A stretch of 64,000 bases of DNA from Epiperipatus broadwayi (GCA_028023455.1 JAQFVV010000007.1:9734001-9798000), one strand, 5' to 3'; numbered from the stretch's first letter, positions 1 to 15,000 are shown. Notes: generated by a model not told the origin, from the letters alone. Numbers and translations: made by a program.

Positions 1-1665
1 AAATTTATTTGTAATAATATCAAAAAGCAATGGAAGTATTATATAAAACACTTTGAATTAAGATTTAAAATTCACTGGATTCTCTTCTTCAGCAGGGCAA
101 GTCATTAACTCAAATCCAATACTGTTCAACATATTGAAAGCCAAAATTGATTTAAGTTACTTTATTTTTAAGCAGACTTTTTTAATTAATGCTATCAGAG
201 ATTTACTATTGCTTAAAATTGTAAAAAATATATAAAAAAGGCCAAATCATCTTTGAATATAAAAATTTTGACTAACTTCCGGATTGGATGAATGAAAAAA
301 AGGAGCATTGCTGGGGGGGGGGACCACAGGAAAAAAACCCTGATTCAATAGATGAGATTTAAATTTTTCTTATTATATCATTTCATAAGTTTATTATTAT
401 ATAACTGTAAAAACTTAATTCAAATTATTATTCTATAAAAAACATTTTTTTCAATATGACATTATGGGTGTGTATATATATATAAATAAATTAAATACCC
501 ACATACTCAATCTTTAAATATTTTACGTTAAATATTTGTCATAAAAGACGATTTAGTATCTAATTGAATGTGAGATTTTTTTTTAAAAATAAAATCCAGT
601 TTTTTAAACTTTCATCAAGCAGTTACTTTGAATAAGTGAGATCTCTAAATCTAAATGTTAATTTTTTGGATATTAAAGACCAATTATGACTAAAATCAAA
701 ACAATTTAGAGACTTTTACATGCATATATATTAGTTTAAGACCTGTAGAGGTCCCTACTATCGCATTTTATACGCATGTGCTTGAGGCAACAGCCTTAAT
801 GAATATTATTTAATCACTTATGCAATTAACACAATACAGAACTACATCTTGTAACATTATAAATGAGGGTGCTTGTTAGCTATACAAAACATTATATTTA
901 ATAATAATGTGCATATCTTTATATCCTGTGTTGTGTGCCATAATGATAAAATCACAGATTCTGAAGCTCAAGGTTCATGGATTATAACCTAACTGTGCCT
1001 CTTCCTGTGTTCAAATCTTCTTATGAATTCCCAAGCAAGTAAACCATTTGATTATTTATTTATTTTCTTGTATTTCATCTTTGACACTTTGAAATAAAGT
1101 AAGGGTAATTGACATGTATTCTGATTTGTGAATAATGATATTGGGATTTGGCATAGCTGATAAAGGGGATTCACGAGAAGTAGTGCCTGTGAGCCACATA
1201 CTGTCATACTTCCCAATTCAGAATTTGACTATTATTTATATCTTATATCTCAGTTAAATAATGAGCTAATAGCAGGCTCTTAAATCTCACTCATAATAGT
1301 ATGATACCGTTAGTTTCAAACTACAATTTTTAAATGTATGAAGATTTTTCTCTCTTTTTGATCTAAAAACAATGAATTTGAATAAATTGGAAAATCTGAT
1401 TAATTTTAGTTTCTGAATACCAAATTCTAAAATAGATTCTAACTTTTCACTATTATAAAAAATTTAACTTATTTTTCTTTCTGTGATATAAAGAATCTTT
1501 TAAAAATAAATAGAATGGTAAGATTTCCCAATTAAAAACTGAATGTTAAGAAGATAACAATACATAATTACCAAAAAACAATATCAGATATGAAAATTCT
1601 CCAATATTATTATACAAAAAAAATTGCAATCATTTATTCTAAAAAAAAAAAAAAATTCTACCTAC

Positions 1666-1834
1666 CTTAGGTGCATCATCTTTCCTCTCTTTTAAGGAAT
1701 CTGTTAGTTTCGTCAGTTTTTCAAGAGCTTCGACTTGCCTGATTAAGGATTTCAAATAGGCTCCGCAGCCTCTGCAGAATGCTTCTAACATCAGGCCAAA
1801 TCGAATTGTTATAGCACTGTTATGCATTTCAGAC
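1666..1834 (-). CDS. PIK3CA: PI3K coding exon 11 ([24 protein letters not shown]...DDAPK)
   Basis: Acceptor tgctAG, donor GTAGGT; 169 nt. No further exon recognised in 1-1665. Confidence 0.95.
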
Positions 1835-1913
1835 CTAGCAAATCAAACAAACAAAAATAAATGTGTGCGCATACAAACATGCATTAAATTTTCCTTTTTT
1901 AAACTGTTACTTA

Positions 1914-2042
<129 letters not shown>

Positions 2043-3770
2043 TTATAGTAAATGACAGCCAAATGTACTAAATAATTAATTTACAAAAATTAAAAAAAAA
2101 ATATATAAAAATTTCTATATATTATGGTAATATTTATCTTACAAAACTGCATTTACAATCACAATAAAATCATCTAAAATAATTGTGGCTGCGAAATACT
2201 AAAATAGTTGCTTATATATTAAAATTTTTTAAACAGAGCAGTAAATAAATAACTGCTATGACTATTAACTAGTGCTACTAGACTATGAACTATCTATCTA
2301 TCCACTTCCCCATTTCTCTACTCAGTTCATTGGAATAGCTTATTAAACTTCTGACGATGATAATTACTTCAAAATATTTGTAATCTTTTGCACTTGAAAA
2401 AAATGACCTTACAAAATTTACATTATTATTATTCACCAGAAAAAAAAATTCTTATAGGTACCCCAGTTATCATTTGTTTTAATAATATATAGTTGTGATT
2501 TAATTTTTATAATATAATTTAAATATTTTTGTATTCTCAATTTATTTTATCCCTCCTTCTGCTTCTTATTTAAGCATTATAGATTGTTGATTGTTTGAAC
2601 TTCTTTTTTGAGTTAAATTTTGTTCAAAGAAAAAATATTTTTAATTCGAAATGAAGTGACATTCATCAATGTACACATTCAAACTGAGAGAAGTTATCTT
2701 CTCTCAATAAGTCACTCTACCTTTGATGAACTAATAATAGATTAATTTGATGGTAAATAAAAGTTTGTGGTTGAATTCAAAACAAATATTCAGGTTTGAG
2801 ATAAAACTTATTGCTATATTAATGAAAATTAGCAGCTGTCATTTTATCACTGATTACATATTCCAAATTGAACAGACATTCATATTACTGGTATCTGAAA
2901 ACCTCAAGTTACAGTAGTAACAAAACATCATGATCACCATGTATGGAAAGTTTTCTACTGTTATAAACAGCTTGTGTAAGCATGGGAAATAGTGGTCATG
3001 TGATGTTTTATTATTGGTTTAATTTCAATCCTGCCTAAAGGATAATGGTGTCTATAGTTATTAAAAAGGCAGATACCAAAATGTATAAATACTGATCTTG
3101 GTTCAGGTCTATATAACTATATAAGCACATTGGTTTAAGATTGAAAACATTATTGTGTTTTCATTTGGACTCACTACTTATAGTTAACTAAAAAGATAAA
3201 AAAAGGTGGCTGCTAGAGAACCACATTAGATCCTAAGATCTAAGTGCAGTGCTTTCAGATTCAAGGCTCCTCATTGATGAAAGCCACAGGCTAAAAACAA
3301 AACTAGTCTGGGAATGTTGGAGGAGTACATACTAGATAGGGATTTTATGCACAAACCTTCTTGCATCCACCGATTACTAAGGCTTGCATTGGGCAGCACT
3401 ACTGTATTGAGAATTTGCTACTGTTAAATTTTAAGTTACAGTACCATTATTAAAGAACTACCGCATGAAATTTAGTGCAATGGTAGAATGGCAAATTCAA
3501 GACGTAAAGGTTTCTAAATTGATTAATAGCTGCGGAAAGTACAAAAAATATCAAATTGATCAACTAAATGTAAATACTGTACTTAACAACCACTTGGATA
3601 CTCAAATGTTATAACTTACTAAACAATTGATTATATGATTGCTTTATTAAGAAATTTTATGGTGAGAGACTGATTTTAATGATCTTTTAATGTGATGGTA
3701 AAAATAAAGGGAAATTATCATGATATCTACCAATCCTATGACTGACACGTTAATAAGTTTTCGAAAACAT

Positions 3771-4140
3771 TCATCATCATCATTTTCAAACAAATTGATC
3801 CAATGCAGGATGAGTCTCTCCAAATTTAATGCAGTTTGTCTTATCCATAATCTATTTCCTTTGTATCAAACCAACAAACTGTCTTATTTCATCCATTCAT
3901 TTCACATGTGGTCTCTTTCTAGGATCTTTTATAATTTCTTGAGATTCAATTTAAGACTTCTATTGTCCATCTATTATAATATCTTCTAACAATATATCCA
4001 CTAGCTCCATTGCAATCTCTTAATTCTTTCAATAATATGATTAACACCTATTTGCCTCTTCAACCAAATATTTTGATTTCGATTTCTTATTATCCCCAAA
4101 CTCCTCTGAGTGGTTTGAATTCTAAGTAGTACTATTCTGT
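3771..4140 (-). mobile_element. Decayed RTE 3' fragment
   Basis: The reverse strand reads PRERPHVK*MDEIRQFVG...GETH followed by gatgatg; resembles 49250-49412. Confidence 0.65.
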
Positions 4141-4964
4141 TAAGTGTCTAAGGCTCAAATCCATATGTAAAAATCAGTAAAATGTATATATTAAAATTTT
4201 ACTTTTCAAATACATAAGGTATTTTCTTTTGATACAAAGTTATTTCTACCAAAATTATGATTTATTCTATGATTATTTTTATTCATTACATTTCTATTAG
4301 CATTAGTAATCTGACAAATGTATACGTAGTTGTTAACTTCTTTGTAAGATACAATTCGGAGAAAAAACCTCCCAACTTCATTAAAGAAAAACAGTAGTCC
4401 TCTTAAAAGCTTTTCTAAGTAATACAAAAAACAAACAACCAAAGGAAACAATAATTAACAATTGCTATTAGTGTTTGCTTAACATGTGAATGAAACAAAT
4501 CATTTAAAGATATCAAATGTTAATCAACGAATGGATTAAAAAAGCAATTATAACACAAAATGCATTAGAAAATAGAACTGAAATTTTCTCATGCAAACAG
4601 ATCTCAAAAACAAAAAGGGAGAAATATTATAAATAGCATAAAATGAGACTGTTATGAATAAGTTCATGCTAAAACACACACTATATTGTAAATTAAATTT
4701 GTTTAAGTCACTCTTGTTTAATTAGATAAATATAAAAGAAAGAGCAATCTTGTTCATATGACTATCAAGATGCACAGACATTTTTCGGATTCATATTTCA
4801 TCAATTCTGATAGGAAGAGTATTATAAGAATCTAAAATACCAAACAAAACATTTATAAATAGAGATAAGCAAATCTAATATTAATAAAAAGTTTACAAGA
4901 TTAACATTTTCTCATCTATTTCATTATATGCGAGCCATAATGACAGTAAAGGTAAGTGAACAGA

Positions 4965-5187
4965 TATAATATCTACACTTTACTTCAAAAACTTTCTAGC
5001 AAAAAAAATTATATTATAACAATCTGATGTTTCAACTGTCCTGCGTCTTCTTCAGAACTAGTTATTTCTATTTTTAAAAATAGTAGTAGCTCTGAGGAAA
5101 ACTGCATGACAGTCGAAACATCAGATTGTGGATATACACATATTTTTTTTTGCTATTAAGTATTCAAAGTAAGATGTATAAATGATA
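4965..5187. repeat. Imperfect fold-back palindrome with central perfect ctatttttaaaaatag
   Basis: acaatctgatgtttc(a)actgtc pairs with gacagt(c)gaaacatcagattgt; the outer arms align more loosely. Confidence 0.85.
5087..5124 (+). ncRNA. Degenerate hammerhead motif (an inverted second copy lies at 5021-5057)
   Basis: TAGCT-CTGAGGA-A-AACTG-CATGA-CAGTC-GAAA-C-ATC-AG. Confidence 0.55.
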
Positions 5188-7988
5188 TTTATATAAAATA
5201 TTATGGCAAAATAAAGAAAGTGATCAATGTAGTGGCATTTGTTAAGTGAAGTGGACTATATCTAAAATATAAATCATTAGGAATTTGTTAGAGCTAGATT
5301 AAAAGATCAAGTTTCTTGGTAAAAGATAATAAAAAGTAAGATAGTTTTATTATTTATTACTCTATTTCTACCATTAAAAAAATGTAACACACAGTAGAAA
5401 GTCTTATTTGTAAATTATTATTATATGTCCATTTAGAATTTATTAGTTCATATATATATATATGGATACTATTAGAAAATTAGCAAATTTTTTTTTCTTG
5501 AATTTTTAGACTAACAAAAATATAAAAAAAATATTTATAATAAAATTATTATAGCTTCATAATTTTTAAAATATAAAAATTTTACAGAAATATGTGACAT
5601 ATTTAAAACTAGACCTATCTTCCCAATGATAGCATGTAATTTTGAATTTTATAACATGTATTTGTACCATACACTCTAGTCACAGACTGAATATAATATG
5701 GAAATACTATTTATAATGGTCGGGGAATATGGCTCTTACCCTATCTGTCATACAGGGTGCCACTAGGCTATTTGAACCTAAAAAATGTATAATGTAGGCA
5801 GATACACCTTGGGAAAGATCCAACTTTGACTGTTAGCCCTTGCCACTAGCTCAAGGAGAAGCAGAAATTTACAAACTAAATTCTTAAAACATATTTTTAA
5901 TATTAAAAAAATAAAATAAGGCACTGCCAGTAATTATCACAAAACATATATTTACGCACATATAACTTTTAGGAATAAATTGAATATTGCTTTAGATTTT
6001 ATTATTAATTTTAAATTTAAATTATTTTAGTAAGTTCACACAGATAGACAGTTTATATAATTTTATTTTAGAATGTTGAGTATAGATCGGCTACATAGAT
6101 TATGCAATCAAAACTTGTCAAAACATCTAACCTCAGATTAAAAATTCATAGCTAAACCAATGCTCTCTTCCTGATATACAGACACAATCAATGCAATATG
6201 AAGATGTTAGCATAAAACCATGGTGTCAGGAATGTGCGTCTGCAGCATGATATTATTTTAAAAAAATGATCCTCATCCAGTACAGGAATGTGCGTCTGTC
6301 TGGTGAAGGAATCATATATATATAAAACATTAAAAAAAAGAAACCCTTCGTATGGAGGGAGAGAGGTTCTTGCCATTTCATAGTCCCTATCCATAGAGCG
6401 AAAGGGGATCAATGTCGCAGGAAATATGTCTGTGTCCATTGCATATAGCTACACCTTTGGGCATGCATTCATTTGGGCACGTTGCCCTGTATGCTAACAC
6501 ACTTCACACTACATTGCTATAAACACCCATATATCCCTCTACTAGCATCGACTCAACTATGAAACAAATACTCTGAAATTAACCCCCTTAAACTAACATA
6601 AATGTTAATGAATCTATGCAGCCAGCTACACCCAACTTTAAATTTAATAATTTAGTTAATAGATAAAAATAAATAAAAGAAAAATGAAAATGATTAGCAA
6701 ACATTATACATAACAAAAAAAAAATTAACGAATTGAGAGTTCTTTTGATAGTCAGATAAAGAGTTCATTTAAAAATCTACTATTAGATTACTAATTGCAA
6801 ATTTGTAAAAGTTCATATTGAATATCACAATTTATACTTCCCATAATTTCGGCAGATTTATAGAAGTCCATCCTAGTGATCACTTCTGTAGATTGTCCGT
6901 TCTCCTTGGAAATGAAGCTGCTACTTACCATTCATTTGGTTAGAAACTGTCATCGGGAGGTTTCAGCTGGTGTGCATGCAAAGGAAACTAATTTTATTGT
7001 AAGACCCCTACATCATGGAGTCCGCAATACAGCTGCAAGATTAATAGTCAGATTAAAACAACCACTAATGAATTCAACAATTTTCTCTTTTTATAGTATT
7101 AGGCCTCCCTTATCACAAATTTTACGGATCCATAGAACATGACGTCATTTGTTCTTAAGGTCCGGATATTTTGATTTCTGGTCTGTGCGTGGCTTGGTGC
7201 TTGCATTGGTCAATCTTTAATTTTTTAATATCTCTCATCTGACCTTTCAATTATTTAAGTGCCCCAAGGGCAAGTTTGCTTTACATTTAATTAATAAAAC
7301 AATCATTTACTAACATTAAATATAATTCTTAAAATAGAAATTAATTAACATTTATTTCCATTTTCTTTTATATAACATTTTACTAAAAGTACTAATCTTT
7401 AGATCTTTACTTTTTTTTTTTTTACATTTCTTACTTTTAAATACTTTTTTAAAAAAAATAGTTTTCTATCTGTGTGTTATTTATGTTAAACATAACTCTT
7501 TTAATTTTCTTTTAGTTTTTAAACATCAATTTTATTTAAGATTTATTTTCCCTTTTATTTTAATTTTAAAATAATGTAACAGCATATGTATACCGTTACA
7601 TATTATTTACAATTTTTTGAAATTATATTATTTTAATAATCAATTTTACATTAAGGTGGAAAATTGAAAGGTGGACCAAAAAATGAATAATTAAAACCTT
7701 AACAACATTAAATCCAACAGCTTATGCTTACTCATTTAATTTTTTAAAAAAAAGTTTTTATTTTAATATGTGCTGTTTTGTATATGATTCAATATGTTAA
7801 GTGTGAATACATTATTTAGTTGCTTTGTGAATAAGTTTGTATTCTTAGCATTACATATTTAATAGTCAATTTATTTATCGGCTTATTAAAATTATTGGAA
7901 TGATTAAATTAAATATATATATATAATGTACTTTCGCTTAATAAAACATGCCAATATATATAAAAATAATATTTGTTACAGTACTTAC

Positions 7989-8153
7989 TTGAACTAATTG
8001 TAATAAATATTGTGAAAGTTTATCGTCTGTTATTAACATTTCTAAACAGTTCACTGCCACCCTCCTCACAGTAGGATCTGCATATTTACAATCGAGGAGT
8101 TCTAAAGCTACTTCAGGGTTAACAGTTTTCCAACTTTTAAGAAGAACATAAAG
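7989..8153 (-). CDS. PIK3CA: PI3K coding exon 9 (LYVLLKSW...[11 protein letters not shown]...YLLQLVQ)
   Basis: Acceptor cttttAG, donor GTAAGT; 165 nt. Confidence 0.95.
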
Positions 8154-11100
8154 CTAAAAGAGAATGTAATTTGTTATATATCTCTACTTATATATAAACA
8201 TTACATTATTCGTGTGTACTTACATATGTACATAAAATAAATACATAATTATGATTGTTTGTTTCTGTGTGGTGTTCAGGTGTTTCAAATTTCCAGTTCA
8301 CATGACTAAAGGTGTGGGATTTTCATGAATTTTCAGGGAAGTGCATGATAAATCTGGAAGATTTGATTGGTTGCAAACATTTATCAAGTGCAGTAACTTA
8401 TTAATTATATTTAAAATATTTGATAATTAAAACAAAAGAATATAGAGACAGATAATGGAATAATGCCTTTAAAAATGCTTTAAAACTATAAACAGTGGCT
8501 AGATTGCAAACATAATTCTGAATTATTATGGAGATGCTTTTGATATTTGTAGGGAAAATAGAAGGATTAGTTATCAGTATTCAGAGCTTCACTTCAGTTG
8601 TGATTGTATATCTGAAGAGATAAAGTATTACCATAATAGATAATTGAAAATTAGAATATCCAAAATCCAATGTGGATAGTGAATTTATTGGCAGTGATGA
8701 AAAAGAAAAGCAGAGATAATGCAGAATTTTATGAGATGATAATATGGCTGAAAATATATGAATAAACATGCACAAATTTATCATTATTGGGAAGTAGCAG
8801 ACATAACAGTATAGGTATTGTTTATACTCTAGTATCAAAAGAAAATTTACAAATAACAATTCTGTGAATTATAAATTGTTGGTGATTAAGTTAAAACAGA
8901 TTACATAGATATAAATATCAATTGATAATCATAATATAAAGATGAGGTACAAAACATGTTAGAAACAAACCTGAAAAAGTAATTGATAGGAAATATAAAA
9001 ATGGCTGCAAAAATAGTCACAAGACTGGAAATACTATTAGAGGACAAGGGAGAGATGACAGAATTATAAAAGATCATGGCTTGGAGACAAAATGAAAATA
9101 AGAAAGGTGAAAGATTAATAAAAGCAGGGTAATAATAAAAAAATAATAGAATGGTTTACGTCTTAGGAGTTAAAAAAAAAGTTTGAACACTAGAACTGAC
9201 AGAATTGGGCTGCAATCATGGACCTTGAACTCCAAAGTCTGCCACTCTACCATGGCATCAAATCATGCAGGGCACAGCAATGATGAATACACTGTATTAA
9301 AATCATAAAAAATTCATTTACACATCATTAATGCTGGTTTCAAATGCATTATATAGTGATTTTCAGAAGCCGACGTAAATTCAGATAACAATTTACAATT
9401 TTGTAAGATAATAAAAAGAATTGAATCAAAAATGAACTAGAACATTATTAAAAATAAATCTTCAAATCTGTTAAATGAAAAAATATGCTTTAGATAAAAG
9501 TCTAAACGATAAATTAATTCAAAATAAAACAAAATCATTATTGAAAAAAAGTTTAAAAAAACACTGCATTCCCAAATACAGGTTATGAGAGCTTTGATTG
9601 CAATAAGAAAATAATAGCAAGAGAAATTTAAAATAGTGATACGGATAAAAGTATGTACAGAAAAGTCAATAATGATTATTTGTGGTTTGAGATCAACAAA
9701 TAAATAAGTGTATGATGATGATGTATATGTGAGGACCTTGTGAGATAGTTGTGGAGGACCTTGTGAGATAGTTAAGTAACAAATCCATCATCATAAATGA
9801 CTATGACCATTAAGTCCAGAATTTAAAAAAAAAAAAAAAGGCAAAGAACAGTGTTTCAGATCAGTTTTGTGATGACTATACAAACTACTTAACACAAATA
9901 TGTCCATATACATCATAATGTTATTTGCTAGTCTATTTATTTGATATCTTGTAATGCTATCTTTCAACTTCTACAGCAAACATTTTTTGAGACTTTAAAC
10001 ATTTTACCTAATTCTGTCTATTTGCAGCACAATATTCTTAGCCGTAACTTCTCAATGACAGCAATCAATAATGTACTGTTTTTGAAATAACTTTAACATA
10101 ATGTAAATAGATTGTGCCTCTTCCCTGCAAATTATTCTTAAAATCATCATAAAATACCATTTTTAGGAAGTTTTTTACCATTTCATTTACTCTATATGTT
10201 CAATCCAACAAAGATGGTCATTTATAATGGTAGATTCTATAAGATCATAACCAGCAAGGTGAAGAACATATCGATTGTATAATCTTACAGAGAATCAAAT
10301 AAAATTTTTCTCATGCCTCTATATTATGTTGAGTGTTGTGGTAAATTATATAAAAAAATCAATATTGCTCAGCAATTCGTAAGAATTTCAAGGACCAAAA
10401 ATAACATAGCTGAACCACAATCCATGAATTTTGGAGTCTGTTACTCAACCATTACTCCATACCATGCAGGACACAAATTACATATATTGCAAAATACATA
10501 TATTGGTGATTATTTATCTTTTCTACATTTGTGTGGTCATGTGTATCAATAATATGAGATAGTGTTGATAGCTGAAAGGTGCTTGAAAGTCTGAGTTCAA
10601 ATCCCCTATATTTATAAATGTATTACATAAATATTTCTTCTTTTATTGCTAAGTAAATCAAAGGCTAAAAAAAAATGATTGTGGACCACTAGAACAAAAA
10701 ATACATTTTTTTAAAGTCATTACATGAAAATATCTTTTCCAGTAATTATGAATTTAAAAAAAACATTTAACATATATATTTGTCAAATTAAAAATTAAAA
10801 AAAATTTTTTTTAAAAAAAACTTTAGTTTGTAAACTGGACAGCATTTAGTTGGATTTAAATAAATTTTATAGGATTATCTAAATTTATCACTCTCTAAAT
10901 TTTCAAATTTAATATTTTCATTTAATACATATTTTTCACATAAAAGCTTTCAAAAGTTAAATTTTAACTGATATTTCTATAAAATTAATTTTATTATTTT
11001 TTAATGAAATAAATTCTAAAAAAAAAACAACAAAAGACTTATTACTTAATCAAAGAGAATAATATTTTGGCTGATAACTATTATGAAATTTAAGAATAGA

Positions 11101-11399
11101 CATAAAATACTATTATAAAAATAATGTTTTTTGTTTAAAAAATAATACATAAATATAAAAGTTAAAATGATATAGTTATATATGAAGCATTTACAATTTA
11201 TTAAATTTAAACCTAAATATAATTAAAATTGAACATTTAAATACATATAATATAAATATGAAACTGAATATAAAATTCTGATTTGAATTAAATCATTCAA
11301 ATTATTTTTTTGCATATTTTAATGTGTATAGACAATTTGTTTTGTGTGTATAATTTTATTTTGATAATGGTACTTATAAGCACTCTATATTTTATAGAA

Positions 11400-11446
11400 C
11401 TGAAAAACAGTTGGACAGTCAAAACTGTCAGTCATTTTGAAAATTT
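11400..11446 (+). ncRNA. Degenerate hammerhead motif, same subfamily as 40.2 kb
   Basis: CTGAAAAACAGTTGGACAGTC-AAAAC-TGTC-AGTCATTTTGAAAATTT. Confidence 0.45.
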
Positions 11447-11656
11447 GCATGTAATAAAATATTGCATTTGATTTATGGCAAGTGCATAGAAAAGTGTAAG
11501 AACAGATTAAGATAATAATTGTTAGCAATAGTTAAATCGACTTGTTTATAACATAAAATCCAATCCTTAAAATGAGTCAAATACAATATTAAAAATACTA
11601 TTTGGGCTTTGAAATTCTAATTTCAAGGTAATATTTAATATTAAAAAAGTGATTAC

Positions 11657-11738
11657 CTGAGAAACCTCATCCCTACTAGACCACTTGACTGCATCTAATA
11701 ACTTTGGTAATGAATCAGGAATAGTCTGACAAACTTTT
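11657..11738 (-). CDS. PIK3CA: PI3K coding exon 8 (KVCQTIPDSLPKLLDAVKWSSRDEVSQ)
   Basis: Acceptor ttttatAG, donor GTAAT; 82 nt. Confidence 0.95.
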
Positions 11739-12049
11739 CTATAAAAAAAGAATATAATTTACATAAATATATTTACAAACATTCTCTTTTCACACACATA
11801 TGCGCAACATAATTACTGACTTTTGTTTAGATATATAGACATTATGCATTTAACTACTGTTTCATGACACAACCAATAGAATATAAATTATTTTAAAAAT
11901 AGCAAACTATTCAATAAAAAAACAAACATGATCTTCTCTAGATATGTCCTAACATGCAGTTAAGTAAGTACTACATTTTCATTTAATCTAATCCTTTTTC
12001 AAAAATACAAATGCCCTAATATAGTAACTTGGATTTACCAATTATTGAG

Positions 12050-15000
12050 ATATCTCATGTCTGGTAGTCTTTTATGTTGTATTACTATAATAAATACAAT
12101 ATGTATCATAACCAATTATCTGACAAAAACTAGATCTGATGTACCAATAACGAACATATTCACCAAATATTTATATCTCTTGTTCGATCTTTAAAATACT
12201 CATAACCCTTTCCAATCTCTTATCTCTTTTTCTCAAGCTTTCTAGTCACTTTAAGCATGTCTTTCATAATTCCTTTGTCTCTAAGTATTAGTCCAACCAA
12301 TTCCTCTTTCTATAATTTCCTCAAAAACACATCTCCCACCTTTTTTTTATGGGATACGTTATATTTCTAAGTCATCCTCTTTTCATTCTCCCCCCAAATC
12401 ACCACCTTTAAGACTTCCAATCTTTTCTTCTAATTTTTTCTACAAGTTAATGTTTATGCTAATCCTAAAGCAGTACCTTGAAACAAATCATCAACAAACT
12501 CTTTTTTTTTTTTTTTTTGTTGCTAATTTCAATCATCACAGAAACAACTTCCTATCCTTATCATAAGCTTGTTTAGCCACTGCAATGTTTATACTAACTA
12601 TAGTGCTATTTTAGCCTATGTTCTAGTACAGGAGGGTGTTACCATTCACACACAACAAGATACAAATTAAGCAAATAAAAAAGTAATTGATGTTTGATAT
12701 ATTTTGTAAAAAATTAAATTAAAAGTATACAGAAATCAAAACAATGTATAATGATTACAAAATAAATATATTCATCATCATAATCCTTTTGTAAGAAATT
12801 AAATTAGCGATGTAGTTACATTTGCTCTCATCATTAAATTAATTTTTTAGATTGTTTACGATAATCTTATATACTGAATGTACTTGTTTTGTAATCATTG
12901 ATCATTGGTTTGATTGCTCAATGTATTATTATTAGGTTTATTTTTTACATATTATTTTCATGTTTGAAAACATATTATTTTTTCCCATTTTCTTCTTGTT
13001 TTTGATTTTTTACTTAAAGCATACAACGTATCTATCAACTTTTCATTTTCTTTATTTATAACTTTTTGCTATAAGATTGATGGTTCTGCCCTGCAGCAGA
13101 GTGTAGATTATATTAACAACCTAATTTTTTTAGTACAAATACTATTATCAATTGTCCAATTACCAAAATATTTAAAAACACTGATCTGTTATTCTCTGAT
13201 TTCTTATTCAATGTGTGTTCTTAATCTTTTATCTAATTATTTTTTTAACTGAAACTTTTTTACAAGCTTTATCAATATTACATAACATTTTATTGAGTTC
13301 AGCCTCATGATTTGCATGTACTGATATATCATCAGAAAATATTAAACAATTGTTTACTTCCAATAATAATTCCATCGTTTCTCAAAACAAAATTCAGTTA
13401 TTAATGTGTCTAAAGATATATATTAAATAAAACAAAAATCAGACAACATACTTGTGTTATACTTCTTCAAATATGTCTCTTCTGTAACCATTCATTTATT
13501 TTCTGATATATAAACAAATTTCTTTCCTTCTATATGACTTTCTTTTTTCAATATTTCCAACAAAGTAATCTAATTCACTTTGTCAAATGCCTTTTCAAGA
13601 TCAATAATAAATTATTATCTCCATTCCAGCTCTTTATATATATATATCAACAATAATTCTCACTATTCTAATTCCATCACTTGTCCCTCTGACTATTCTA
13701 AAATCAAACTACTTTCAGTGTGAACATGTTTAATTTATTTGACACCCATAAGTGCAAGACCTACAATAACCACCTAGAAGATAAAACTAAAATTATATAT
13801 GTTAAAAAAAAAAAATCTACTGTTCATTTGTCTCATAAATTAAAAATTACATTATTAGTATCAACTAATTCTCTCAAACCTTTTCCCTTATAATCTCCAA
13901 TAATCCAACTAAATTCATCAATATTCTATATCATACCAGTTTTATATTGGTTAATAGTACAACTTCCTCCTTCATTATGGATCTAGTTTATTGATCCTTA
14001 TCTACGTGACTTGGTTTTCCAACTGAAATAGACAAAGGCTTCTATGTATTAAATAAACCAGTGATATAAACTTTTCATCTTTTCAATGCACCTACTTTCT
14101 ACACTTACATTTTATTACTTCTATTTTTAGTTGTTACTTTATTACTGCAACTTGGCTTTTCTCATCCATTCCTGTAAATTAAACTATTTTTTCTTTGCAG
14201 TTTCTGTATTTCTTTACTGTATTTATACAGCCATGCTCTATTAGTTTTGTTTGACATGACTTCACTATTAAGCTCTCTACACATATTTCCACCCTCTACA
14301 GAATTCATATAATTTCATCTCTCTACCATTTTATTCACCATATCATTGCTAATTTAAGAACTTTACTTCTTTTATAACCCACTACCTCTATTACAATATC
14401 CTTAATATTTTTCTTGAATAATTCTTATCTCTTAGTAGAAATGATCAATTACACCCAGGTTTCGTTTTATGCGGATTATTTTAATGCGATTTTGAAGTTA
14501 TGCGATTTTGTTTCTTCTTAATATCTTTGTATGCGGTTTTCTTTTATGCGATAAAAATTATTAGTTCAGAAGTCAAGCTCCGATAAAGCGATATTACTTT
14601 AAATATTATAAATTTTGCGCACTCACACATCATATTTAAAGTAATAGCACATTATCGGAGTTCGACTTCCATCTATCTTTTCAATATTTTCAGCGCTTTA
14701 TAATAGTATTGTAATAGATTTTATGCAATAAAGAAGTTTATAATTCACTTAAAATCAGGATTTCCCCGTTTTATATACACACATTAAATTTTACAAGATT
14801 ATAAAGTAAATCTGTTCAAACGTTATAGATGCCTATTCTATGCACGTTGTTGTTTTTGCATTTTAAATCACATTCTATTTTTGCTTTTTTAAAAAAGAAT
14901 ACGTAATCAATTAATCATTTAGTGTCTGCAAGTTTATTTTTAACAGGTTGCATTTTAAATCACATTCTATTTTTGCTTTTTTAAAAAAGAATACGTAATC

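Noticed and set aside
1-1665. Next PI3K exon (VQMKF...LSPL), e.g. ESPLSAM near 1160-1190
   Set aside because: No convincing similarity or splice sites; the exon probably lies outside the window.
5715-5790. Hairpin tggc...accct/agggt...gcca as a possible HDV-like ribozyme
   Set aside because: The P1/P1.1/P2/P4 topology could not be fitted.
6840-7200. GC-richer segment possibly from a Tc1-like transposase
   Set aside because: Only scattered resemblance in broken frames and no TIRs found.
9200-9275. tRNA-like segment on the minus strand (tggtagagtggcagactt...), and B-box-like bits at 10590 and 25115
   Set aside because: No complete cloverleaf; at best very old SINE relics.
10313-10552. 79-aa ORF
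   Set aside because: QQFVRI...MNFGV resembles a decayed LINE RT segment rather than a gene, and is too degenerate to call.
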